Of a stretch of DNA of 64,000 nt, positions 1 to 44,847 are shown one piece after another. The translations under genes and the position numbers were made by a program. The DNA comes from Eledone cirrhosa. Its lineage: Eukaryota. The notes under the pieces are model-generated. The model was given only the letters and a program-made list of their open reading frames with translations, did not search any database and had not been told where the DNA came from. The stretch lies in contig OZ024755.1 in NCBI GenBank assembly GCA_964016885.1, positions 5,084,001 through 5,148,000 of the forward strand, read 5' to 3'. Positions within the stretch are counted from its first letter, which is position 1. Each line of letters starts with the position of its first letter.

Positions 1-68
1 CCAAAGATCTGAAGTATGGTGATAAAACTGTTCATTTGTCTCTCATTCCCAATCCGTCTCATTTAGAG
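1..68 (+). CDS. DHTKD1: DHTKD1 exon (5' cut by window edge)
   Basis: [22 protein letters not shown], then GTAAG donor at 69. Confidence 0.9.
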
Positions 69-3000
69 GTAAGTTATTTAGCTCCAAGTATTATTTATTA
101 AATGATAATAATTGTTTCTACTTTTGGCACAAGACCAGCAATAACCCAGTGCATTACTGGTACTTTTATTTTATCGATCTCGTGAGGATGAAAGGCAAAG
201 TTAACCTTGGCAGGATTTGAACTCAAAACATAAAGGGACGTAACTATGCTGGAAAGCATAGCGTCCAACCCTCTACCGATACTTTATTAAATAATGATGA
301 TGATGACAGCAGACCTCCAAATACCATTCTCTATTTTGTCTGATGTATGGTGTTTGTGGGGATTGACACATCAATTGGAAGACATTTTATTTTCTTTGTG
401 GTCATTGATTCTAATTATAATTATTAAAATTATTGTTTACTGTTGTCAAAATCTTGATTTTTGTTTCTATTTAACAGGCTAATAATCCTGTGGCTGTTGG
501 TAAGACACGTGCAAAACTTCAATCTCAGAAAACAGGAGACTATGGTGAAGATAGTTTAACTCCAAACAGAGATAATGTACTTTGTTTTCAAGTACATGGT
601 GATGCTTCCTTCTCAGCTCAGGTTCTTTCAGTTTAATTTTTTAATGTACTCCTTCATTCCATCATCAGTTATTTTCTCATCTTTCACTCTTTTATTATTA
701 TTATTATTAGTAGTAGTAGTTGTTATAATAAAGTACCAGTAATACACTGAGGGTGATATAGTTTACTTTCCCCTCCCCTCAAAATTGTTGGCCTTGTACC
801 TAATTCAGAAAGCATTATTATTATTATTGGGAGAGGGCGTTTGCTTTAGCGGTCAGTGTGACCATGGCTTTTGTGGGCTTTCTCCACAAGTAACCCTCGG
901 GGGGTCTCCCCCACCCTATTAAGGAATTTGTTTTTGTTTCTATTTTTTTGTTACATCTTTTCTTATTGTTACTGTGTTTCCTTTTATACATGCAGAAACC
1001 CCCATTTGTACCTTCCTGTACCATCCTTAATGTTTTCCTTTATGTAAACCCTTCTGGTTAATAAAGAAATCATCATTATCATTATTATTATTTCATTGGT
1101 GCTTACATTACCATTTCAGGGTATTATCAGTGAAACGTTCAGTTTTGCAGAGTGTGCCCATTATACTGTTGGTGGCAGTATACATCTGATAGTTAATAAC
1201 CAAATTGGTTTCACAACTCAAGCTGAAAGAGGAAGGTAAGACATCATGAGATTTACATTGATCTTTATTATTATTACCAAATAGTTGGGCGGTGGATTGG
1301 TAGTATCAGTAGAGCGTCAGACACCATGCTTTGCAGCATAGAGTTATGGCCCTGGACATTCTGAGTTCAAAACTCGCCGAGGTTAATTGCCTTTCATCCT
1401 TACGGGGTCGATAAAATAAAGTACCAGTAATACACTGGGGTAATTGCTGGCCTTGTGCCAAAAGTAGAAACAATTATTACCAGATAGTTCTGGTGCCATG
1501 ATAAAATGCACCCAGTACACTCTGTAAAGTGGTAGTGCTGGTACAATGATATAATGCACTCTTGTATGGTTATTGGTCTTAGAAAGGGCATCCAGCCAAA
1601 GAAACCATGCAAAATATAGTATGTATAAGCAAGATTAAATCTCTCTGACTCTAAAATATATCTTCTCTGTATTTCTATTGTTTCAGATCCTCCATGTATT
1701 GTTCAGACCAGGCCAAAATAAATGGCTATCCGGTACTTCATGTGAATGCAGACGACCCAAAAGTATGTCATGAAACGTGAAATTACTATTTAATCTTGTT
1801 TTGTTATAGTGTAGGGTTAAGAGGACCGTTTTCTGCTTTGCTGAGGCCACAATGACCTCTCTAATGCTGGTGCCATGATAAAATGTACCCAGTATACTCT
1901 GGAAGTGGTAAGGATGGTGCTATCATAAAATATATCTAGTACACTCTGTAAAATGGTAATACTGATACCACAATAAGATGTACCCATCATACACTATATA
2001 GAGATAGTGGTAATGTCATAAAAGGCACCCACTACACTCTGTAAAGTGGTCATGCTGGTACCACGATAAAATACAGTTGGTATACTCTGAGAGTGGTAGG
2101 GTTGGTGCTATGATAAAATATATCTAGTACTCTCTGTAAAGTGGTAATGGTACTACAATAAACTGTATTCATTATAATCTGTATAGTGGTAGTGCTGGTG
2201 ACATAATAAAATGCACCTAGTACACTCTGTAAAGTGGTTGTCATCTATAATAACATATATCTCTTTACACTCTTCACCTTTTCTTTCTCTCTCACTACCA
2301 GGCAATAATCCAGGCAGCATCTATAGCTGTGGATTACAGACAGAAGTTCCACAGAGATATCATCATTGATTTAGTCTGTTTCCGGCGATGGGGTCACAAT
2401 GAACTTGATGACCCAATGTTTACTCAACCTATCATGTATAAAGCTGTAGAAAGTCGGCAGAGTATTCCTGATATGAATGCTCAGCAACTTATAGTAAGTT
2501 ACATAAAACTATTAAACCATGTATATTTATTGTAGGACATCAAATCATATAAACCATTAACCCTTTAGCATTTACATTACTCTATATATACTATTGTATT
2601 TTCACAGTAAAGGCTTTATCTTACATAATATCGAATCTATGAGATTTTGATATTATTTATTTTGAGAACAATACCTTAACATTGGTATGAGTGGTCAGTT
2701 ACAGCCAGTTTGAACCCGGTTTAAATGCTAAAGGGTTAAACCATATGTATTTGTTTTAAGACATCCAACTATAGAAATCATTAAACCATGTATATTTGTT
2801 GTGGGACATTCAGCCATAGAAGTTGAAGTTTCAGAGTTGTTGGTTGAAAATCCTGTATTATACTGTACTTTTGTTATTTAAACAGAAACAAGAGCTGTGC
2901 ACTGAGGCAGAATTGAAAACTTCTGTTCAAGATTGGAATAATGTATTGGTTGAAAACTTCAATAAAATCGATAACTATATACCTGAGGTAAATATATTTA

Positions 3001-6000
3001 TATATACATATAGTTGTCTGGAAGAAACGATCATCAGCAATTAAATGTATTAAGCAAAAATTTGATTGTTTTATATTTTGTATCTCTGCTCTGTAATACA
3101 TCTGATAATTTACATTGAGCTTTTTCTCTTACTGGTAATTGGGTAGTGCTTAGTACTACCTTTTCATATTTATAATTATATATAACTCATATATAAGTAT
3201 AAATAATATTATTAGTATATACATATATATATATCTTGTCTTGATACTGAGTACAAGTTGTTCCTTTATAATATTGATTAAAATGTTGGGTGGTGAAGTG
3301 GCAGAGTTGTTAGAACATCAGATTAAATTGCTGGGTATTTGTTCTGACTCTCTGATTTCAAATCCTGCTGAGGTCAACTTTGTTTCAATAAAGGTTTGTG
3401 TTTTTCCCCTAAGTATTAGTGTGTATACAGTGGCGTCGAAATGACAGTCATTAGAATGTCAGATAGAATGCTTCGCTGTATTTGTTCCATCTATAAACAG
3501 TTTTAACAATTATTTGTATGTTGACATTTTTCTCTAACATTTGTAATTCTTTATTTTTGAATCCAGCAATTCCACCTGCTGCAACAATGGAATAGCTGTG
3601 TTCAAGCTTCTGATAATATAACATCCTGGGACACTGGAGTTGATGTGAATCTGTTGAAATTTATTGGTGGCAAGTCTGTTACGGTTCCTCAGACTTTGGT
3701 GAGTTGACATATTTTTGGTGTTTTTTACTTTCTTGTTTTAAGTCATTTTTTTACCATATTTCTAAAGATATATACTGCCTTTGGCATGACAAAATTGTAG
3801 AGTCATTAGAACGTCAGATAGAATGTCTTTTAGTATAGGAGTTAACCTGCACTATACCAGTACTATATGAGTTATAATATATATTATAGACAAGGTTATG
3901 CCAGAAATGTGGTGTAAAGTATGTTATAGACGAGGTTATGGTCTAATATATATTATTGTAGTAGATTAATAATAGTTTTGTAACATTAATTACTTAATGA
4001 ATTTGAAGTTTGAAAGCCACAACAATGTGGATTGGACGAATAAATAATAATAAAGTTATAAGAAACAGGGAGTGCTTTTTTTACCTTAATTTATTCAAAT
4101 GTCTTGATATTTCGAGATTAATATCACTTCTGAGGCAAATGAAGGAACTATAATTACTTGTATCTTATTTGGCAGAATGTCCATCCTACTATCCAGAAAA
4201 CACACATTGGTCGTAGAAAAACCCAAATTGAAGCTGGAATGCCACTAGACTGGGCAACTGCCGAGTCTTTGGCTATTGGTTCCCTTCTTTATCAAGGTAG
4301 CCACATTTCTTGTCTTTTATTTTTACTAAATTTAGATGCAGTCAATGGTAGAGTTGCACTGCAACAACTGTTTGTTCCTGTTATAGAGTGTGTGTGTGTG
4401 TGTGTGTGTTACCTTTGTCAACTATGGTTTACTTCTTCCATAGCAAACTGTATTATTCTAGTCATAAGGTGTGTATATAGTCAGGTGTGTATATAGTCGG
4501 GTATGTATATAATCAGGTGTGTATATAATCTATCCCTGTAGGTTTCAATGTCCGTATCAGTGGTCAAGATGTTGGCCGTGGAACCTTCAGCCATCGTCAT
4601 GCTATGATTGTTGACCAACAGACCGATGATATCCATATACCACTGAACCACATATTACCTGACCAGCCAGGACATTTTGAGGTAAGTCACACTACAAAGG
4701 TGTTTCAATTAAATATCACCTGACCAGGCTGGATATTTCCAGGTAAGTCACACTACAAAGGTGTTTCAATTAAATATCACCTGACCAGGCTGGATATTTC
4801 CAGGTAAGTCGCACTACAAAGGTGTTTTAATCACATATCACCTGACCAGCCTGGACATTTCCAGGTCAGCCTCTGGTCAAATGAAGCCACAACAGCAGCA
4901 GAAGTTGTTTATTTGTTATTTTGGTTTCTTCTAAAGGTTGCCAACAGTGTCCTGTCTGAGGAAGCAGTTCTTGGTTTTGAATATGGTATGAGTTTGGAAC
5001 ATCCTAACAACCTAATTATATGGGAAGCTCAGTTTGGTGATTTCTTCAATGGTGCTCAACCGATTATTGATACATATATAACTAGTGGAGAAAGTAAATA
5101 TACCACTTTTTTACCTTTGTTTTCTTTTATCAATCACATGGCATTAATCAATACAAGACATTGGTCAATGCAAGTCTATATGTACAGTCAGAGAAGGTAC
5201 CTTTTCACTGAAGCAAATTTAGACAAGCAGAGTTATGTCCCTTGTCCAGGTCACGTGGAAAGCTGTCGGTTTGAATTCCTGAACATCTTATGTCCAGTGT
5301 CTGTAGTTCTACACGTTAATTTGACAACCATTGGGTTTATCTTGTGTATAGGTTTGTTATTTGTACTTATTTTAACCCTTTCATTATATTTCTAATGAAA
5401 GACTGCCTATGATTTTCAAATAATGAGGGATTTAGTTATTATTATGCTGGTGTTTGGAACAATAAATGTTCTTACATAAAATTATGATGGAAAGTTTAGA
5501 ACATTCCATAATAATTAATAGACTTGTTCCCTATATCAGAATGTTCTTCAAATATTGTATGTTTTCTTCAGCTAAATGGCTTCTACAGAGTGGCTTAGTG
5601 ATGTTGCTTCCACACGGCTTTGATGGTGCTGGACCGGAGCATTCTTCATGTCGTGTAGAGCGATTCTTACAGGTAAAATATTTACATTATTACAGTCAAA
5701 GCATTGCTGTCATCTGTATCCCAGTTTAGAATAGGTATACCATATCCCAGTTTAGAATAGGTATACCATATTCCAGTTTAGAATAGGTATACCATATTCC
5801 AGTTTAGAATAGGTATACCATGTCCCAGTTTAGAATAAGTATACCGTATTCCAGTTTAGAATAGGTTTACCATATCCCAGTTTAGAATAGGTATACCATG
5901 TCCCTGGATGTCATAACAGGTGATTACTGTATTCCTGGATGTTGAAGAGGTGACTAAAATGGTTGGCACTGAGAAAGACGACCAACCATAAAATAGTGTC

Positions 6001-9000
6001 TTAAAAATGTCACCATGATGACGAACGAGAAACGATCTATAAGTTCCCAGACCTCACTTGCTTACCGAGTGGGGTAATCAGACCAAGGAAACAATGTTTT
6101 CATTAGTCTTTCCATTGCTGATACTATCTACCAGTTGCAACTCCTGGCAGAATGTCATAAATATCACCATGATAAGTTTAAAACCTGTCCTAGTTATGTT
6201 TGGTTTTGTCAGTGAAGCTAATTATCTCCAGGTAACTTATAACCTGCTCTGGCTTATCAATTGACTGGTCTTCTATCACTATCAGGAATTTTGGTATGAA
6301 AAGGGTGAGAAAATACAGATCTATTGTTATAGGGGGTCCTGGTGGCTCAGTTGGTGTGTTGGAAATTCTAGCTACAATGTGTAGTTAGAAGTTCAGTCTT
6401 TACCAGAGTTATTGGAACAAATTTTATTTAACAATTGTTTAGATGAGTTGTAGTGCACCTGAGCACTGTACACAATAATTTTCATTATTATTATTATTAT
6501 TTCATATTATTTTGATTTTGATATTGTCAGTTACTTTAAAATATATTATTTATTATTTTATTATGTAGCTTTGTGATAGTAAGGAGGATGGTATTGATGG
6601 TGATTGTGTCAATATGGAGATTGTTCACCCCACAACATCTGCACAATATTTTCACCTGCTTCGTAGACAGGTAAGTACATTATTATTATTAGTACATGAA
6701 GGTGATGGATTGGCAGGATCGGTAGAGTGTCGGACATGCTTTACAACATATCAATATGTCCCTTTATGCTCTGAGTTCAAATCCCACCAAGATTAACTTT
6801 ATTTTATTGACCCCGTAAGGATAAAAAGCAAAGTACCAGTAACACACTGAAGTCGATTTAATTGACTTTTTCGTCCCCCAAAATTTCTAGCCTTGTGTCC
6901 AAATCCGAAAGGATGTTAATTTTGTCTTTCATCCTTACAGGGTCGATAAAATAAAGTACCAGTAATACACTGGGATAATTGCTGGCCTTGTGCCAAAAAT
7001 AAACTGTTATTACTTGTCCATAGACTAAGTATTATTCAGATTCTCCACCTAACTTTAACAAAGCTATATTTATGGATTGTATATTTATCATAAACATATT
7101 TTATGTCTGTTTTCCATACTGGCATAGATTGGATGGGTGACCAGACCCAATCAGAGCCACTCTCTTCACAGTCAATCAACTTATTTTGAGAATATCTTGT
7201 TACTGTGTTTCCATGTGGTACAGGACTTTAAGAGTTTAAGTAAGTCAATGTATTTTGAGAATGTCTTGTAAAATCAACATATTTCATTGCAGATGGTGAG
7301 AAACTACCGCAAACCCTTGATAGTTGCAGCACCAAAGATTTTGTTGAGACTTTCCAGTGCGGCTTCTTCCCTTCTTGATATGGCCCCTGAAACTAGCTAC
7401 CAACCTGTTCTAGGAGACAATAAAGTAAAGCCAGACTCTGTTACTAGATTAGTGTTTTGTTCTGGCAAACATTTCTATGCATTAAACAAACAAAGAGATG
7501 CTTTAAACAGTCATAATACAGCCATTATTAGACTTGAGGTAAGTAAGACTATATCGATTATCTTCTAAAATTATCTCATTCTCAAAGGATTGGCTGTTTC
7601 TTTGTCTTTACTCATACCAATTTTCTGTTTCTATTTTATTTCAGAGCCTTTGTCCATTTCCAGTGGCAGATTTATTGAAGGAAATCAAGAAATATCCCAA
7701 AGCAAAAGGTAAAACACTGCTTTCTTTGATTCTATTTCATATTATTTTTGTTTCTCAAACTGAACCTCAGACCAGGGAAATATTATAATGCAAAACTAAC
7801 CAACCACCAGTACACATTCTGTGACAGACGACACAGGACTGAGCTGACTGGAGATATGTCATAATACAAAACACCCAACTGACTGGAGACAGGGGTGACA
7901 CAGGACTGAGCTGACTGGAGGTATGCCATAATACCACAGATCTGTTCACCAGTACAAACACTGACACTAAAAGTAAACATGTCGAGTGACTGAAAGCCAC
8001 ATTGTTGGTGAAAAAGGGTTTGAGAGGACTCTTTAGTCTCGAGGAGCATGTGACAACCTCTCTTGTATTGGTACCATGATAAAATTAAACACTGTAGCTT
8101 AACATCTTTAGTTGTCAGGCTTATAGATGTTAGCAGTAATACACTTCAGGAAGTTGGTGATCCTGGCCATTGACCTCAAAGATGTCCCACAGCCCAACAT
8201 CTGTAGCTGTCACCATTAAGCAATGGATTATTTCAGAGATTATTGTACATCTGTCATGCTGCTTCCAATAGTTTCACATGTGACCATAGTCAGGGTGACT
8301 ATACCTTGCCGAAAGGTAGCTTATTTTCTTTATTCACCATTAAATCCCTATATCTAGAGGTTGTTTCTCTCTCTCTCAAGCAGATGGTGAACTACTCAAT
8401 AGTGATCCTACTGTTTTGCATACAAAATAATACCCATTTCTTTCTTTCTGCTACTAGAGTTTATTTGGAGTCAAGAGGAACACCGAAATATGGGACCATG
8501 GAGTTTTGTGGCACCAAGATTTCAAAATCTCTTAGCTTGTAAAGTAAGTTTTCTTCAAATACTTTCATGTTCATATTATTTCTAATAAAATGAAACTTAC
8601 AGCTCACATTTGTCATGGAAAGCAACACCAAATCCCACAACCACTAAGCCATGCCCCTCCCCACCAAATTCCTAACGCTATGTATTTTTTTAACTTGGAA
8701 CGATTTTGGGAACAAAAGCTCCTACATAAAATAAGATTTAAATATAAATATTTTGAATGAGAAGTTTTGTCACAGAACAAGTCTTGGTTAATATATTACC
8801 ATTTTTTGGTGTATAATTTTCTTTGTTCTTATTTATTTTTTACAACATAAATTTATAAGATGGACATGATAATTAAGATGAATATAGTTATTTGTTATTA
8901 TCCTTCAGAAATATCTGTAAAGTATATAAATTTATTCAAGCCCTTCTGTTTAAATAATTTAAAAAATAAACAATTTTGAGGGATTTAGTTACTTAACTTT

Positions 9001-10214
9001 CTCGTGTGTGGGAAAGATTTTTAGATAAATATAAACACTATAAAATAGTTTTGTATAATAGGACTATGGGCAGTTTAGTATGAAAAGGTTTAAACCATTT
9101 AATTTTAATTTATAGTTGAAATTAAATTGTTGAGTGAACTTAGGAACATAAAAATGAAGTGACTTGGTCAAGGGGAGTTGAATCCGTGAGCACAGCATTC
9201 TAGGCCACATAAAAAGAAAATGAAATTTATAGTTCACATCTATATAGGTTTAGCTGGCCTCAGGATTCTTGGGTGTTTTAATGAGAGGCCACAGTCCTGT
9301 CATGAAATGAAGTGTCACCCACAAAGTTAGGGTTTGTGAGTCCAACATCCTAACCACGAGGACACATGCCTGTATGACAAAAAAAAATAAAATAAAAACA
9401 CAACAGGAAAGGTTAATTTTAGGCACTTCCTGTTTACTAAGCTAAGTTATTCACAAGTTTTGCTTTTAGAATCAAACTACAAACGTATAGCATTTATTAA
9501 TGGCTACTTCTACTGATGAGGGACTTCCTTCTGTAATTACCCTGGCTACAAACACAGCCAACTCTATCATTTTCACATGCTACTGATCAGTAATTAGGGG
9601 GTAATTATTTTCTAAAAATCATTTGCTTTTTAATGAAACAATACACTAGAATTCTGTGATCTTTTATTTAAATTAAACTATATTGTTACTGTGCTTTTGA
9701 GTTCAAACCCCACTAAGGTCAATTTTATCTTTCATCCTTCCGGGGTTAACCAAGTACTAGTCCAAGGGGTCATGGATGGGTAGATTTGTTACTGTCTTTT
9801 TTTTTTAATGAAAGACAGTTTACGATTTTAGAGGGGTTTAGTAGTATAACTGGCTTTCTTATTAAGCTGGGGTAAGGCAGAATCGGTAGAGCGTCGGACA
9901 AAATGTTTTGCAGTATTTCTTCAAGCTATTTAATGTTCTGAAGTCAAATCTGGATTTTATTCCAAGGCTAAAAAATAAAGTTCCAGTTCTAAAACATTGT
10001 CTCAATATACTACATTCAACCTATATCAACATAAAAATTTAAAAAATGGATGTAGAAAACGATAATAATATTCTCCATGACTCTGCATTTCTTTTATATT
10101 TCTCTACTACAGTTACAGTATGTTGGAAGAGGGACATTGGCAACAGCAGCTGTTGGAATTGCCACTGAACACCACAAAGAGGCGCAACAGTTGATTGCAG
10201 AAACCTTCCAGTGA
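1..10214 (+). CDS. DHTKD1: 2-oxoadipate/2-oxoglutarate dehydrogenase E1 component DHTKD1, multi-exon, 5'-partial; join(<1-68,478-621,1120-1235,1687-1762,2302-2493,2886-2987,3567-3698,4176-4296,4542-4681,4937-5093,5572-5672,6569-6670,7293-7538,7645-7708,8458-8543,10113-10214)
   Basis: 16 GT-AG exons splice in consistent phase into one open frame ending at TGA 10212-10214. Motifs seen: PNPSHLE, ThDP-binding VHGDASF...[96 protein letters not shown] and WGHNELD fit DHTKD1 better than OGDH (recalled knowledge). Confidence 0.95.
478..621 (+). CDS. DHTKD1: DHTKD1 exon
   Basis: ttaacag acceptor; [13 protein letters not shown]...[15 protein letters not shown]; GT donor at 622. Confidence 0.92.
1120..1235 (+). 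CDS. DHTKD1: DHTKD1 exon
   Basis: tttcag acceptor; GIISETF...[22 protein letters not shown]; GTAAG donor. Confidence 0.93.
1287..1479 (+). mobile_element. tRNA-derived SINE family A; other copies at 109-283(-), 6700-7010(+), 22017-22205(-), 48980-49167(+), 54917-55060(-)
   Basis: A-box-like TGGTAGTATCAG, B-box-like GAGTTCAAA, core GCCTTTCATCCTTACGGGGTCGATAAAAT..AGTACCAG (resembles the MetaSINE domain as recalled), (ATT)n tail. Confidence 0.82.
1687..1762 (+). CDS. DHTKD1: DHTKD1 exon
   Basis: tttcag acceptor; [25 protein letters not shown]; GTATG donor. Confidence 0.9.
1866..2240 (+). repeat. Degenerate ~48-bp minisatellite; inverted relative at 13960-14340
   Basis: GGTGCCATGATAAAATGCACCCAGTACACTCTGTAAAGTGGTAGTGCT-like units. 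Confidence 0.8.
2302..2493 (+). CDS. DHTKD1: DHTKD1 exon
   Basis: [43 protein letters not shown]...QQLI; GTAAG donor. Confidence 0.93.
2561..2735. mobile_element. piggyBac-like MITE
   Basis: TTAA on both sides (2557-2560, 2736-2739); TIRs CCCTTTAGCATTTA / TAAATGCTAAAGGG. Confidence 0.82.
2886..2987 (+). CDS. DHTKD1: DHTKD1 exon
   Basis: aacag acceptor; [34 protein letters not shown]; phase 0 at both ends. Confidence 0.82.
3567..3698 (+). CDS. DHTKD1: DHTKD1 exon
   Basis: [44 protein letters not shown]; GTGAG donor. Confidence 0.9.
4176..4296 (+). CDS. DHTKD1: DHTKD1 exon
   Basis: [14 protein letters not shown]...[18 protein letters not shown]; phase-1 donor. Confidence 0.92.
4542..4681 (+). 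CDS. DHTKD1: DHTKD1 exon
   Basis: [26 protein letters not shown]...PGHFE; GTAAGT donor at 4682. Confidence 0.94.
4653..4870 (+). repeat. 61-bp tandem repeat (~3.5 units) spanning a DHTKD1 exon/intron junction
   Basis: AG|GT junction repeated at 4682, 4743, 4804 and 4865. Confidence 0.92.
4937..5093 (+). CDS. DHTKD1: DHTKD1 exon
   Basis: [19 protein letters not shown]...[24 protein letters not shown]. Confidence 0.94.
5572..5672 (+). CDS. DHTKD1: DHTKD1 exon
   Basis: [33 protein letters not shown]. Confidence 0.94.
5716..5903. repeat. ~26-bp tandem repeat, ~7 units
   Basis: CCAGTTTAGAATAGGTATACCATAT(C/T) repeated. Confidence 0.9.
6569..6670 (+). CDS. DHTKD1: DHTKD1 exon
   Basis: [34 protein letters not shown]; GTAAG donor. 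Confidence 0.93.
7293..7538 (+). CDS. DHTKD1: DHTKD1 exon
   Basis: [20 protein letters not shown]...[10 protein letters not shown]...AIIRLE. Confidence 0.94.
7645..7708 (+). CDS. DHTKD1: DHTKD1 exon
   Basis: [21 protein letters not shown]; long pyrimidine tract before the acceptor. Confidence 0.9.
8458..8543 (+). CDS. DHTKD1: DHTKD1 exon
   Basis: [28 protein letters not shown]; GTAAG donor. Confidence 0.93.
10113..10214 (+). CDS. DHTKD1: DHTKD1 terminal coding exon
   Basis: [33 protein letters not shown]; candidate AATAAA signals at 10510, 10567, 11197 and 11355. Confidence 0.9.
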   Translation, partial: LQYVGRGTLATAAVGIATEHHKEAQQLIAETFQ

Positions 10215-11354
10215 ATATTTTTTACTCTTAACTTTCATCCATGGCAGCTTTAGGAAGTTTATAAGTGATATATATATATATACTTATAGCTCGATTCCTT
10301 TCATCTCAAATTATGTTTGTAAAAAAAGAAAGAATCATTATGAAATTATTTTTAACAGAAATATAGATATAACTATAAACGAATTAAGTATACATTGTGG
10401 GTCATATCTACAAAACTGTAGATAGACAATTTGGACATATGGAAAAGAAGAATTTAAAATATTGCTATATGATTTAATAGTTTTTTTTTTTTAGATTTAA
10501 AATCATGAAAATAAATCTATAAAACTGGTTAGTCAATTTATTTGTCTGTCTTTTCCTTTTAAGGTCAATAAAACAAAAATACCAATCTAGTACTGGGATT
10601 GATTCTTCCTCACTTCCAAGTTCTCACCCTCTATCTGCTGTATTCAAACCTGGAGGGGAGATGGTATCTGCCAGGTTTATAAAATACCCTAGAAACGCTG
10701 TGTGTTAATACGGGACCATGCATATTTTAACATCTTGTACCACATGAAAAGTCTTTAGATCAATATAAACATTTAAAACATGCAGTTTAGTATTGAAGAG
10801 TTAAAGCTAAAACAGAAAATGGTTGTTTGTTTCTTTGAACAGATATGAATTAGTGGCGGCAGTTTTAACCCCTTTCGTGATGCTAATTCACGTTAGATGT
10901 TCAGTTGAGCAAACAACTGGATCAACAGTACTATGACTGCATTCCTTCCAGCAGCAACTGTCCAACCATTTTGTTTGGGGGTCTACCCTTGCGTCTCCTG
11001 CTGGTTGATTTTTTTTGCCAGTAAAATCTGTCCAGCGATTCTTTCCCCGAGACATTCTAACCACATGCCCATAGTATTGGAGCTATGATCACTCAATTTG
11101 AAGTAGCAGCTCTATGAGCTACGCACTCTATCGAGTAATCCCATTTTGGCTACTTTTATTCTTTGTCATATTAAACATTTTCACAAGTAAAGATACAATA
11201 AACAAATTATAGCAAAGCTAAAGTGATAAATAGAAACAATTTTTTTTTTAAACATGAGTCTTGTTCTTTTACTGGTTTTAGTCATTAGACTGGCCATGCT
11301 GGGGCACTGAGTAAGGGGAAAAAAATAAAACAAAAGCCAAAGATTAAAACAAGC

Positions 11355-11366
11355 AATAAATTTATT
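11355..11366. terminator. Back-to-back poly(A) signal hexamers (AATAAA on both strands) between the convergent genes
   Basis: AATAAATTTATT palindrome in the DHTKD1/kindlin 3' interval. Confidence 0.35.
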
Positions 11367-12644
11367 TTACAATTTCATTAGGAAAAAAAAAATTGATAAA
11401 AATAAACCCCTCCCATATATATATCCCTAACTATTATGAAAAATAAAACCCCTACCAGATTTCCCAACCAGAGTATGTTTTCTCTCATCCTCTCTCTCTC
11501 TCTCTCACACACACATTCACTGAAACATACAGGATTGAGCTGATAGTTATTAACTCTTGCAGGATCATTAAGTTATGTTTGCATTTAAAATTAAGAAATC
11601 TGAGTTGAGGGAGGGATAATTTAACTGCTGAGGCGGTAGTGGCTAACTAAGGCTTTCTTTAATCCATGTCTTGAATCCACAAATTTCTGTTTGGATTGAG
11701 TGGTGGCTAACTAGGGTTTTCTTGAATCCACTTTTTTTTTTATTAAAAAGGAAAAATCTGAAGTAAGAGCAGAGATTTGAAATAATAGAGGGAGAAATGT
11801 GATAATATCTGTGGTTGAAGGGTGATATTAATGGTGGCAGGAACAAAAATGAACCTGTATGCAACCTACTTGCTTTATCAGTTCAGTGTAGAAGCAACTA
11901 AATAGCAAATATACCACTGGGTCTGGCTTACAAGTTATATATATATAAAAACAGGTTTTTATCAGGTACTTAAGCTCAGCCCTAAAAACGGTCCACATTA
12001 TTTTTAAACAATGCAACTGTGAAGTTTGTGTATGTATGTATGTGTACACATTCTTTAATCTGCAAGAGGTTACCAGGGTAAAACTAGATTACACTCTAAA
12101 CAGACAATACCTGCATGGCAAGCAAGCAGCTTTATTATAATATATAATTTTTAAAAATTGGCCAACTATACAAATTTGCCTATGAGGCGAAACAGAACTT
12201 CATGCCAACAACTCGTATTCCTCTTTCTTTTAAACTACCTTTTTTTTTGTATTTCAATTAAAAGCTGTTTTTGTAATGTGTGTGTATGTATGTTAAATAT
12301 ATTTGTCATGGAGAAGCATAAAAGTACATTTTAAACCCCAAGAATATTTTCTTAAAAATTAAAGTACAAATATATATATATATATATTTGGAAGTTCAAG
12401 TTCACAGCTAGTAGAGACCAAATCAAATAAGTTCTTCTGCGTGCCTTATGTATGGGTTTCTTTTCTTTTAATAGAAAACATTAAGTTCTTGATAAAGAGT
12501 TGTCGGAACACATACAATAGCTTACATCTAGAATCCACGTCAGGTTTGTTGAACAGAAATGTAATAGGATAACGAATGGGAGGCAAGGGGCAATGGCACA
12601 TTTGCAGGTATCAACAAGTCTCTACAATAAGTTAATGGGCAAGA

Positions 12645-44847
<32,203 letters not shown>

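Noticed and set aside
9501-9560. CTGATGAG hammerhead-like start
   Set aside because: No GAAA after the putative stem II and no valid cleavage junction; the same applies to CTGATGAGAAAC near 53067, which has no stem II.
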